Notes: generated from the letters alone by a model not told the origin. A stretch of DNA of 59,748 nucleotides, filler included, from Asterionella formosa (GCA_002256025.1; 5 parts of 5 records of this genome joined end to end with filler, not necessarily neighbours in it), one strand, 5' to 3'; positions 1 to 11,976 are shown, counted from the first letter of the whole stretch. Made by a program: numbers and translations.

Positions 1-3000
1 TAAATGACATTCGTAGTCACCTTGTGTCCTTGTGCTTCAATAAATAATTTCGTCCACAACACCTTTGATATGATGTCATCGACACCAACCAATTCTGCTT
101 CAGTCGAACTTCTAGTGTTCACTTTCTGTTTCATGGAAATAGAACAAATAATTCCATTTCCAAGTGACAATGTGGCTCCAGTGTGACTTTTAAAATCTTT
201 GTGTACTGCAAACACCACATCAACATACAATTTAATGCTCTGAGTGTCATCAGCACTCATAGATGCAACCTCATTCTGAGTTGCTTTCAAGAAATTCATG
301 ATCTTGACTAATTTTTCCCAATCGCCTTCATTTGGTTCAGTAGTTCCAGTTGCCAGAAATGCAATTCCTGGTTGAATGTCCTGTCTTCCTTGCTTACATA
401 GGAACATTCCTTTCATAACAAAAGTATGAAACATTTTTGCTTTTTCATATTCAAGCTTCTTTGATTTTGTATCAACTGTGAACAAATTATCTGTCCATGG
501 GAATTTTTCAACACCTTCAAGTTTCACTGGAAAATCATCAATCATTGATTTCACATATTTGGTCATGTCAACCCTCAACACACCTGGAAGAAAGTAATCT
601 AATGTCATCGCCAAATAATCATGCTTCTTTCCACGCATGACCTTGACTTCACCAATTTCGTCAGAAGCGTATTTCTTTTTGAGCCATTCCAAAAATTGAT
701 CATTCACTTTCCTGTCCATGTGACTTGATTTCAAATCGTCCATGTGCCAAGTAACTGTGTGCTGTTTGCCAGTAACAATGCGATTTGCAATGCATGGATC
801 ATATGGATTGACCTTGAATCCAATTGACTCAATATCCTTCCAAAATTTCTTGTAATATAATAATGATGACTGTAACATGCCATATTATGCCTTGATCATC
901 CTAACATATAGGACCTTGTTGTTTCCTTCATGCACAACATAAATTTTCATAAGTCTCAGGGCTGAGTTCTGTCAACATATTGACAAGCAAACCTCTAATC
1001 TTCATAATGATTCGCTCCCCTTTTTCTTTCTCATCGATATCCACTTGCACAAATGCATTCAGTATATCTGCAGTCATAACATCACGATTTTGCTTTGCAT
1101 CAATTGTTGCTGTTATCATAACAGATTCCTTCATGGTAGTTGGACTAGCTGCTTCATCTCTGTCCATGTATTCACGTTGCGAACTGCCATTGGCAAATGC
1201 TCTGCCTTTAATGCTCTTGTCTCTCTTTTCAACCAAAAAAATTAGACTTTCCATTGCACGTCGCTTTTCGATATCGGTTAGGTCTTCAATCCTCATCAGT
1301 TCAAATACAACTCTATCATGTAGTTGTTTCATTTCTTTATAAGCAGCGTCTCTTCCTTTCTGGCCAAATTTCTTGAGGCCTTTCCTTAAGCTGTATGACT
1401 GAACAAATTGAAATGCTTCTTTATCGATACACATCTCATTCATATAACACATTGTCTTTGCGATCACTTTCTCATTGTCAGTCGTATATTCTTCTTGACA
1501 GTATGCTTGGGTATGCAAATGATGTAGGACCATAGTTAGTTTTGATGGTGGTCTTGAGACTCTTCCAGACCTTGTAGTTCTAACATTTGGGTCTATGTCA
1601 TCCTGAGTGCTTGGATTGACATCTAACATTGCCTCTTCATTTTCATTTTCACAAATGTTTGAAAGGTAATCGATGATAAGCTGTGCGCATGCGTTCTTTT
1701 ATCACTCGATTATTTCGCTCCGCTTCGGGAACGTGTTCTTGTGGGTTTGCGTAGTTCATAGTGACTTGAAATTCATTGGAAAGTTGTTCCATCAAAAGTC
1801 GAAACTTGTTGTCACAGTGAATTGTTGTAATTTTAAATCCTCCGGTATTATAAACACGGAATACCTGAGTCAAAGCATCTCAATAGACTTTAGCTGTCTG
1901 ATTCTTGACACATTGCGCTGTCCTATACATACTGTTTCAAGAAATTGTTGTGAGAAATGATTGTCCATTCACTTTTATTCCATCACTTTGCGTTGAGCTC
2001 TGATAAGCTTTTTAGGAATCTCGATGTAGTCGTTCTGACTGACAGCGGCTTGCGACGAGTTGTCTTGCCTTTTAGAGTTCCAATGTTAGATCCAAAATTT
2101 TTCTCTGCAATTTTGATATCATCGGTATTCTTTGGTTTTTTTTAATTGTATTCATACAAATTGTTGCCTTGAAATCGTTAATTGATGGTGTGCCCAAGGC
2201 ATGAAATAGATCACGAGCTCACTTTGCTATCTCAAATTGACATTCAGTGTAGAATTTTTTGTTTTCTTCAACTGTATTTAGCATTAGAGCATTTTCACTT
2301 TTCTCAGCCTGAATAGTAGGAGGCTTAAAAACATATACATTCATTCCAATTTTTTCGCATCGAACTGTTTTGTCAGGCAAATGAACAATATATTTTCTCA
2401 GAGTCATAGGGAATCCTGTACCTATCTGCCATCTTGGCATAACTGAAGATGTTGGTGATTGCCTTCTCATTAAACGATACTTCTCCCCATTGTGCACATT
2501 TGTGACCATGGATCCACCATTTGTGGCCAGGTGCATGCTTCCATTGGTTGACATTCGAATGTTTTCAACCATTTTTGGATTGCGAAAGACTGTGACACTT
2601 GATTGATAATCCAATAGTATCCAGTCACACATCTCAGATGCTTGGTAAATTTATAGTTTCATATGAGCTCCCGCCCATCCGAATTGATTGACATTTGCTT
2701 GTTGTGAAGCTTGTGATGATGGCGGGTTGTTGGAATTAACAGAGGTAACTGTACTTGTGTCCAATGTATTAGCCTGTGCCTGTGCATGGCTTTGGGCTTT
2801 GTTGATAGCCCATTCCTCTTTAGGTTTGTTCTTGTCTCGACACGAAGGGGATTTGTGACCTGCTTTTCCGCAGCAGTAACATTTTCCTTCCAACTGTGCA
2901 AACAATAAGTTCACATCTTCATCTTCCTTCCCTGCATCCTTTGGTTCTCTGTCTTTATTATGATCTCCTGGTTTCTTGTGACTGTTGGGTTTATTTATTA

Positions 3001-4238
3001 CGTCGAACCGATGGTTGCTGAGAACATTATTTGATTCGGTGATGGTCTTCGGGTATTGATCGTTGCTGAGTGATTGTTGAGTGTTCAGCCTGGTCATAAT
3101 TGATCCATATTTGGCTTTATCCACATTATCGAGGTATAAATAGGCCATAAATTGACTGAAAGCTTGTTCACGAAATTTATCTCGTAGCTTGATGTTGGTA
3201 TCGTTGTATCCATCCATAGCTTCAACAAACTTGTTGAGGATAATTGGTCCTCCCATTTGTGACTTGAGCACATCTTGTGCCACACGAAATCTTTTGGTGT
3301 AGTCTTGTAGACTTTCTCCTTCCTGTTGCTTTGTAAATAAAAGCGTTCTCATTGCATCTAAAATGATCAACATTGAATATCGATTCTCTTGAAAATTTAT
3401 TGTGTGTTCTTTAATTGCCATAAGCAATGTTATTGGATTATTTTCGATCCTATTGTAATTGGATCTCGCTTTGATCTTGTTTTTCATGGCTTTGTTGCAT
3501 CTTTCCCAGAGCAACGAATATGCCTTGGTATTATTATTTTCGTAGGCCTGTACCCTTTTACTGTAGGTATCATAGTCAGCCTTGAACTCAATCTCATATT
3601 GTCGATTCTCTGCAGCGCAATCTAATTCTGTTGTTGCAATGCTTGCTCACTTGCATTCTTGGCTTCCATGCCAATGTGTTGATTGGTTCTAACAACTTGA
3701 GCACAGTTCCTATGTCATTGCCATAGTTGAACACTTTCTTGATATGATTGATGAGGTACTCAGTAGTAGTCTCATAATCAGATGCCTGCTTTGCTGACCC
3801 CAGGTTGTAGTTGTAGTCATTGACTGACTCCTTGATCATTGTGTGAGAAGCAATGCTCCCTCCCTTGGCTTGAAACTTGCCCTTGGCCTGAGCCTTCTTG
3901 GTAAACTTTTCTTTGCCACTCATGATGCGCCTTGTGCGACTTCTTCAGACTCTGGATGGTCTGGTACCCTCAGATCTTGTCTCTGGACTTTTAATGGTCC
4001 ACCTGTTGTTGATTGTGATGTATGGCTCTCTCTGGCTGGCTAATTCTACTAAAACTGTTGAAATTGCGTCCCGAAGCACTCTATTGTTTTCTTGTATCCT
4101 GTAAGGACACGTCAGGGACCAAATAGGCTGTAGATATGAACAACGATGTTGCAGTAATCGATTGTAATCGTTCCTAAGAGTTTTAGTAGAATTATGGGTT
4201 TTACTGCTGATGTAGATTGTCGTCGAATTCTGAGTTTT

Positions 4239-4249
4239 CTCTGATACCA
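4239..4249 (-). promoter_or_regulatory. Primer-binding site complementary to initiator tRNA-Met
   Basis: TGGTATCAGAG on the minus strand immediately 3' of the LTR's terminal CA; this is the canonical Copia PBS. Confidence 0.85.
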
Positions 4250-4402
4250 TGTTCTTTTTGATTCATTCGATTCAATATGTAGTAGGTAATTTATACCGGG
4301 ATTTTCTTTCCTAAAATATTTCTCCAACACCTTCCACACAACACTGAATTCTGTATTGAGTCCGCACAAACTGTTTATCAGTAATCCATAATCTGTCTTA
4401 CA
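4250..4402 (-). repeat. 5' LTR of the Copia element (153 bp, TG...CA)
   Basis: The minus strand begins TGTAAGACAG at 4402 and ends AAGAACA at 4250, directly followed by a canonical PBS. The 3' LTR is not in the window, so the left boundary of the LTR cannot be confirmed by comparison. Confidence 0.75.
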
Positions 4403-4525
4403 CCTCTCGGCAATTTGTTCGACATTCTATCATTCTCATTATTCCGATCAAAAGATAAAGGCATAACCATTATATGACACCAGCAAAAGGCATTGAATTC
4501 ACTTCGTGGACAGCTTTACAATAAA

Positions 4526-7500
4526 ATGAGTGAGGTGCATTCCATGGAGTTTGAAAAATCTAATACATTAGAACATTCAGCAAGTCATGAATCAGACGAA
4601 GTTGCATACTTGTTGCTAGAAGAGTGCTCGATTTTCATGTCTGGCGAACCTGAAATTGTGTTGAAGGTACCTTCCGCAACATGGATTGATGTATCTCGCG
4701 GAACTGACAAAAAGGTCTGGGGTGAGAGCAGTACTTCTCCATGTGAGAGAGGCGAGCTTATTTTGCATGCTTCATCCAGTGGTATCGCGCTTGCTTCAGA
4801 CCTTGCCTTCGATGGGACGATAGGAGATAGCTGTCATTCCGGGGGGTGTTGTAGCCTCAAATCGAATCGATCTGACGCTGCGCTGATGGTCGGCTTGGCA
4901 CTGACTTGCGAATCAATTGGTCAAATTAGAATACTAAGCTTTCAAATTATACTGCGTAGTCTTGAAGGGAAGGATAATGGGGAACACGAAGAGTCCGCAA
5001 TTCGTGCTGCACTCTTGATAACCTTTTCCATCCCAACGCTTCACAAATTAAATGAACGTAGCAACACCAAAAGCAAGCGAGTATTTAAGGCTCTTCCACC
5101 ATCTGTTCAATTGCTTTACACCATTTTACGAAGCGACTGGGATCATATGGAGAAAGAAATGTTCAGACTAAGAAATCCCATTCGAGTGGACGATAAGCTT
5201 AGCTATCAAATTCGAAGTGATGGTACTGTGCTTCAAGAGCGGATTTCATTGTTTCCTGCAAAACTGTCACTACAAGAACTATATATTCGCATTCGAGGCA
5301 CCTCAAATCATTCGTTTTTGCATCGAAAAGTATCGTTAGAATTAGAGAGCCCGTTGACCTCGGTGCCAGAGGATGTGCTCGTCACTCACATCGCGCCTTT
5401 CCTTCGAGCCAAGGCCCTTGACTCCTTGCGATGTTCATGTTCGCAACTCCACGAATCGCTTCAAGCGGTGGTCCCGGGAATGAAATTGAGACTTTTCAAA
5501 CATCAAATTTCTTCCTTAGGTTGCATGCGTCGACGTGAAATCCTAGAGCTTTCAGAGGAGAAGTGTCTAGCTCAAACTTATTCTAACCTTTTTCAAGGTG
5601 GGGACATGCATCGTGCATTGTCAGGAGGAGCGACCGTATGTCTGCAGTCACGAAAGAATAGAAAAGTACGATATCGAATTGATCAGCAGTATGGTAAGCC
5701 TTGCCCCACAAACCCTATGGGAAGTCAAGGAGCGAGCAATTTTTTTCTAACTCGTAAAGCAGCAAGAGGCGGATTGCTGTGTGACGAGCCAGGGCTAGGC
5801 AAGAGCGTCACGGTACTTTCCTTGATTCTGCAGACTTTTGGTGTGCAATCAAAACCGGATAGAGAAGAGACCCTACTGAATAATGCCGAATGTTTTAACG
5901 ACGAACAAATTTTCTTCGCGTATTGGAAAGAGGCATTCTCGCCGATATATCAAAGACCAGCACTGAATAAGATCTTAAAGTCAGTTGCGAGAACTCATCC
6001 ACTGTCATATCGCTTCCATTATCCTATTGATCCCATTGAAAACGAGGCTCCTGATTACTTTGATGTAATAACAAATCCGATCTGTTTCAAGGATATCATA
6101 AGCCGAATCAATGCAGACTTCTACATTGTTGATTTTATACTATTCGAGGCCGACCTCAGGCTATGCTTCGAAAATGCCATCATGTACAACCCTGAGGATA
6201 ACGAAATACATTTGGCCGCTAAGGAATTGCTGTTGAACTGTAATGAAATCCTTTGTTCGTTCAAGAGAGACCAAGTGCGATCAGCAAAAAAGAGTTTTTC
6301 AAGTGCATCTGCTAAGCCAAACTCCTCAATCGCGGCGATTCTCGAGAAGAGAGCCAAAGCTGAGCAGCTAGATTCACTTTTATCGTCCAAAGCAACTTTG
6401 TTGGTAGTTCCTGGAAATCTCTTGAATCATTGGGAGGTAAGTGCATGGCAGTAGAAGGTGCAATATGTTGCAATTACTAATGTGATATCAACTCATTGGT
6501 TTATCATCGACAGGAGCAAATTATGATGCATGTTGACCTGCCATATTGTACAAATGGCAAAGAACCCCTCATATTCCATTACTACGGGAGCGATTCTCGG
6601 ACACAGAAAGACATCAGAAGTACGCTGACAAAATGCATGGAGAACGGAACACATTTTCCGTTAATTTTCATTGACAAGTCTGGGACAAAAAAATTACCGC
6701 ACGAGCGATTTCTATCTCTATTTTCAATAGTTATCACAACAACACAACGATTATCAAGTGAATGGAAGAACGGAAGCTTTGCAGACGAACGAAAACAGGA
6801 GGACGGGCGATTCAATGCCCCTCATCTGATCAAAAGTCCAAGCACTCAATCTTGTTCGTTGCTGAAGATTCATTGGACAAGGTTGATTGTCGACGAAGGC
6901 CACGCCATGGGACGAGGAAAACAAAACAATGCAATCCTTTTTGCTTCATGGATTTCTGCTCAACGTCGGTGGGTCATGACAGGGACACCAACCCCTCAAA
7001 CGGTTGCTCACTCTGGTTTAGTAAATATGAATGCGTTGCTCCATTTTCTCCAGCACGATTTTTTCGGTTCCCGGTTGAGCGGTGATCAAATTTGGCGAAA
7101 CGCAATTGTACGCAGTTGGAACGATGGTAATGTTGCTTCTTTCTTTCGTCTGCAAGCGCTCCTTTCGGCTCTTATGATGAGGCATACCAAGCTCGACATC
7201 GAGGAGCTTTCTCCTCCAAGGTACAGAAAAACTCATGCTCCCTTGAGTTTGCAAGAGACAAAGACATACAACACAATAGTGTGTGCCATCCAAAGCAACC
7301 TTCTTTTAACCTCAATGAATGGTAAAACGAAAGGACTGCAAGACTCGTTGCTACATCGATCGCAGTCCAAGCATGCGAAAATGGCTCTTCACAATATGAG
7401 ACTTGCGTGTACAGGCGGGACGCGTGTAATACCCACTTTGACGAAGCAAAATTTTGACGAAACAATCGACCTTCTAATATCACACAATGTTGACCCTGTA

Positions 7501-8867
7501 TCAATAAAACTTGTCGAGAACTATCTTCATCGCGCAGTTGCAGAAGAATTGACAAGCTGCATGAGTTGCGGGATTCAGCTGAATACCATGCTTGTTATGA
7601 CGTGCGGACATTTGGTCTGCTCTGAATGTGTTACCACCGAAATGCAGACTTGTCCAGTTTGTGAAGTGCCGTTCAATATTGACGATTTCCAGTTGCTTCA
7701 GCCAGGTATGAATTACGAGTGGGCATGGAATCTAGAGAATATCAACAAGCGGAAAACTGCAGATCCTATGCCAATTGACGTTCTACCCCCAATCGCCAAT
7801 GGAGGTTTGGGACTAGTGATCGGAAACGACAGTTCGGCTGCTGCGGGTCACGTACCCATGAGGCCTGGTGTCCTTCCAACGAGACGCAGAAATTTACCAA
7901 ACGACGGGCACAAATGTGAATATGATCCAACTGCCACACATGGAAGGTGTTTGCTGTGCCTGGAGGAACACGACGAGTGCGTGATGCTATCGGAAAACTC
8001 TCAATGCCCAAGGTGTCACAGAAATGCGCAGGTATGCCCTGAAGAGGAATCTAAGTTCTTTTACTTGATCGACAAGTTGCAGACTCTTCTCAAAGATCAG
8101 GTAAGACAAACAAAGATCGCCTCCGAAACAGTTAAGAGCTTGATCGGGGAGGAAACAGTGCTGAACGAGGCGAGAAGACTTAAGGTGATCGTCTTTTCCC
8201 AGTTTCGGCAGAGCCTTAATGTTGCTGGTGACCGTCTCCTTCGTCGGTTTGGAGCAGGATGTGTGGCGGAATATTGGGGCAGATTTCGAAGTAAAGAATT
8301 GATCAAGTTTTTCAAGTCCAATGATTGCTTTTGTATGCTCCTTGGAAAGGACGGGTCTGAGGGTCTTGATCTCAGTTTTGTCACGTACGTAGAATTAAAC
8401 ATAGTTTATTTACCTGCGCATGGGGGAAACTGACTCACTTCTTTCTTTCTGGCATTGACAGTCATATCTTCTTTTTGGAGGAGGTCTGGGATAAGTCACT
8501 GGAAAGTCAGGCTGTCGCAAGGGCGTGGAGAATGGGAGCAAGCGGTCATGTTGAAGTTGAAACTTTGATAGCGAAAGATAGCGTTGAATCAATGATGGCT
8601 GAATTAGAGAAGATATTATCATTAAATTATGGTGTCAGTTCCATTATCGACAATGAGAATGGCGGTGAAGACTCGCTGTTGTTGGCTTCCGCGAAAGAAT
8701 TCCAATGGACTAAGCAGAATTTCCTGTTAAAGAATGCTAAGTTGATCAAGCCACGATTTGGGCTCCGCGATACAAAGCTAGCAACAAAGCGGAAAGTTAT
8801 TGAGAACGTTGAGAATACAAAGAGCACTAGAGTACGTTTCAATCTTGAATACCGGCAGTCTCTATGA
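4526..8867 (+). CDS. F-box + SNF2-family ATPase with inserted bromodomain and C3HC4 RING (Rad5/16-like group); exons 4526-6436, 6514-8384, 8462-8867
   Basis: F-box-like LTSVPEDVLVTHIAPFL; Q-motif LFKHQ; Walker A LCDEPGLGKS; bromodomain (F.YPIDP..EAPDYFDVI.NP...DLRLCFENAIMYNP); motif Ia TLLVVPGNLLNHW; DEGH; MTGTP; RING CMSC...CGHLVCSEC...CPVC; VIVFSQF; GSEGLDLS; QAVARAWRMG. GT-AG introns 6437-6513 and 8385-8461 join the three ORFs in frame. Confidence 0.9.
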
Positions 8868-8906
8868 CTACCAATGTCAAATGCTTCATGTTGGATCAAG
8901 AGTTCG

Positions 8907-10534
8907 TCACTCCAAAATGCACTGCAGCGTAGTCTCATTGAAGTCTGCCCAGTCCATCTTTCTCAATTTGACTACCAATTTGCTTAGACGTTCCATTGCA
9001 ATTTCAAGGATCTCTGGAGGCACCCAAGCGTAGCAAATTCTCATCATTCCCGGCTTGGCCTCATGTTGACTCTCACCAGGGGTAAGAACAATCTTTGCGT
9101 ACTTCATAAACACATCACAAAGTTGCCTCTCGCCCACAAAATCTCTGGTTCTTAATAGGGACGAAAAGTCAACGTAAACAAACAATCCCGCTTCAGCTGG
9201 AATGTAGGGAAGCACCATCTCTTCAAGTTTTGTGACACATAAACGGTAAGAATAAACTAATCGAACTCTTGCTTCGTCCAAGAATGCATCAACAAAATGA
9301 TCATCAGTCAACATTTCGGCGGTGATCATTTGGATAGGATCTTCGTTAGGGGAAATGAAAGGAACCGTTAGACTTGCCGCGGATTGCAATGGCGATCATA
9401 GTACATTTGGCGTTTCACTTACGGCTAACTCCAGAGAAAATGGAAAGATTTGACAGCGCGTTCATGAACTGAGCATTTTGAGAATAAATGGTACCCACTC
9501 TGAAGCCAGACGAGCCGAAGTCTTTTGATAATGCCCAAATCATAAACACATCATCACCGAGATTGTTATCAAGAATGCTGATAACAGATTCAAATCCATG
9601 GTTGTCTTTTTTGTGCGTCGAAAGTGCATAAATTTCATCTACGATAATTTTCAGTTTGTGCTTTCTTGCCCACGTGACCGAATTGCGAATAACATCAGCG
9701 CGATAAATCACTGCACATGGGTTGTTTGGATTCGTCAGAAGAAGAAACTTGACCCTAAGCCCTTTCTGTGAAGAGAAGCAATCTGTGAGTTAGACAACTT
9801 CGTGTAAATCATGTCCTTCCAGTTCCGGCAAGTCGTACCGATCGCGCATCGGCGTAAGCTGCCTGCAAATCTTGTTCGGTCGGTCCAAGCGTTGGATTTG
9901 CCAGCTGTACAGCAAATGGTTTGCAACCTGCCACAACAGACATATCGTTATCAAAAGCAGAATAGTAAGGCGCAGGGATCAGGCATACATCTCCTACTTC
10001 ACCCAATATAAAGAACAAATAGTTGAGCAAGGCAGCCGCCCCACTGCCGAGTCCAACATGTAGGGGGCTGATTGCCTTGAGAGCAGCTTCCGGAGTCAAG
10101 TCAAGTTGATTTGGGTACAGAAACCTTCGAGCAAGAAAGTAGGCAACTGCTTCTCTCGCAACCGGCAAGCCGAGGAAACTACTGTAGCAATAAACATGGG
10201 AATCCGAGAATGCTTCTGAGCTCGTTCCCGAGTGCATCAAGCGTTGCGCAAGCAGATCCGTAATCAACTTATTTTCCGCAACACATAAAGCAATAAATCC
10301 ATTTCGATTGCCATCTGGATCACAAGGATCTTGAAGAGCAGCCATGAAATTGTTGAGGTAAGGAATAGGAGAGGTCAGAGCACCAATACCGCGGCTCCCG
10401 ATTGTGAAATCCTTTGCTATCTCGTTCCTCTTTCGAGACTTCCTCGAAAGCCTGCCGAGAACCCAAGAGACAGAGATGGCAAGCACGAGGCTCGTAGCCA
10501 TGATCGTGAAGTGCGCCGGATACTGTCGTTCCAT
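8907..10534 (-). CDS. ACC-synthase-like class I/II PLP-dependent aminotransferase/lyase; exons 10534-9839, 9765-9423, 9340-8907
   Basis: ACS-family boxes LCVAENKL, IPAPYYSAFD, LLTNPNNP, IVDEIY, ALSKDFGSSGFRVG (PLP lysine), AGLFVYVD and RICYA. GT-AG introns 9838-9766 and 9422-9341 restore the frame. The N-terminus has a hydrophobic segment. Confidence 0.9.
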
Positions 10535-10627
10535 CGTGGTGAGAGATGCGCTTCACACGCAATGAAATATGAAGCCACGATCTCGGTTACGTCAATTCTG
10601 ATAAAATCCAAATCAGCAGAATTTACT

Positions 10628-10894
10628 ACTGGTGATAAAATCTGCTAAATCGGCGCTATTAATAGTTTTTCGGGTTCTTTCATTTATCAGATTTGAAGCA
10701 ATAAGTCGAAGTATTTATATACGAGCGCTTGTTTTGTGAATACCGGTAGACTCTACTGTCACAACCATTCTTTTTGGAGTTGTGGATAAAAATTTCAAGG
10801 CAATTCGGAAGCAATTCAACTTTAATTTAATGTTTTCTGGGCTAAGAAAATCACCATCCTGACCCCTGGTATAGGGGTAGTTCCAATATGCCTA
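10628..10894 (+). repeat. Dispersed ~270-bp repeat, copy 1 (homologous to the reverse complement of 34710-34980)
   Basis: Shared blocks TTTCATTTATCAGATTTGAAGCAATAAGTCG, AGTTGTGGATAAAAATTTCAAGG, GGCTAAGAAAATCA and TTCCAATA(T/C)GCCTA occur in collinear order. Confidence 0.85.
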
Positions 10895-10942
10895 TGGTAC
10901 ATACTCTGATAGGTAGTCCCAAGATTCTACCAAGGTAGTATA

Positions 10943-11876
10943 CCGTATACTTCATTGTCCTGGACCCCCCAATGTACACTGCCGTGACTGAATTTGACTG
11001 ATTTTACTTAAGGGGGTCCAGGACAATGAAGAGATTTCCCTTATACTAGTCCTAAGTTAATTTATTAGTTCTACAGGATGGCGCGAATTTTTCTAATATT
11101 TATTAATATGATCACTGTTTCCGAAAAGTGAAAAATGAGAAAGTTCTTCACCTTGCAAGAAAAGCACGACATCGTGGATGAAGCATGGGAACTCCCCGGC
11201 ATCATCAAGGCTGTTGCACATAAGTATGGCATTGGCGCCAGCAATATTCGGTGCTGGAAAGCTAACTTTCATGATTTCGACAATCGTTATTCTGATGTAA
11301 AAGATTTATTGTCAGATGAGGGGCGTCTCCTTCTGAAAAAACAAACTTTTCATTTAGGCAAGTTGCGTTGCAATAGTGCATCTGAATTTGCGGCGATTCG
11401 TCTCTTGTATGATCAGCTTCGTGGTGATGATCGCACTGTTCGATCATGTTGCTTGCTGCTGAGCTGAAGCGCTTGTTGGGACATGTTGCTAGCTTGAGCG
11501 TTATTCAACAGCGTGTTGCTCATTGGTGCACATCCCAAAACATTGTGTATTGTTGAATCACCCACAAGGCACAAAACACGCGCTATGTACTGAGTGTCAT
11601 GCAGGAGTATCTCCAGTACATAAACGCACAGTTTCTTGAAGGGTCGTATCATCGTACTAGTATCGTAAATATAGATGAGACAAACATTTATTTCGATATG
11701 GCAGGCGGGCTCACGCTAGCTGATAAAGGTGCGAAAACCATCAGTTTACGCACCAATGGTAGCAGCATGCGTTGCACAGTGTTGTTGGGTGTTACCATGT
11801 CTGGAGAGAAGCTTGTTCCTCTTGTTGTTTTCAAAGGAGTACCTGATGCCAGGATCCAGCGAGAATTCAACAATCA
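10943..11876 (+). mobile_element. pogo/Tc2-like (DDE_1) DNA transposon, left end plus frameshifted transposase relic; truncated by the scaffold end
   Basis: TA|CCGTA terminus at 10941-10947; a perfect 20-bp inverted repeat at 10950-10969/11012-11031; HTH N-terminus (FTLQEKHDIV...VAHKYGIGASNIRCWK); DDE_1 block IVNIDETNIYFDM...RCTVLLGVTMSGEKLVPLVVFKG. Confidence 0.85.
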
Positions 11877-11976
11877 NNNNNNNNNNNNNNNNNNNNNNNN
11901 NNNNNNNNNNNNNNNNNNNNTTAATTAATTAANNNNNNNNNNNNNNNNNNNNNNNNNNNNNNNNNNNNNNNNNNNN
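11877..11976. other. Artificial scaffold linker N44-TTAATTAATTAA-N44
   Basis: Identical 100-bp structure appears four times; the core gives stops in all six frames. Confidence 0.97.

Larger units (their letters stand above)
1..4402 (-). mobile_element. Ty1/Copia (CoDi-like) LTR retrotransposon, decayed; 3' end cut by the scaffold start
   Basis: Minus-strand order is Copia-type. Gag 2651-3923 has the zinc knuckle CYCCGKAGHKSPSC. Protease motif WILLDYQSS is at ~2620. Integrase (HCDNKF...EHVPEAERNNRVIKER) spans 1649-1873. RT has REYMDRDEAASPT, ADILNAFVQ and WHMDDLK (~735-749). RNase H (STEAELVGVDD) is near 70-110. There are several frameshifts and an apparent internal deletion near 1650. Confidence 0.95.

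Noticed and set aside
4493..10648. Numerous short antisense or alternate-frame ORFs overlapping the real genes (also throughout 48800-58740)
   Set aside because: They are shadow ORFs of long coding sequences with no recognisable motifs.
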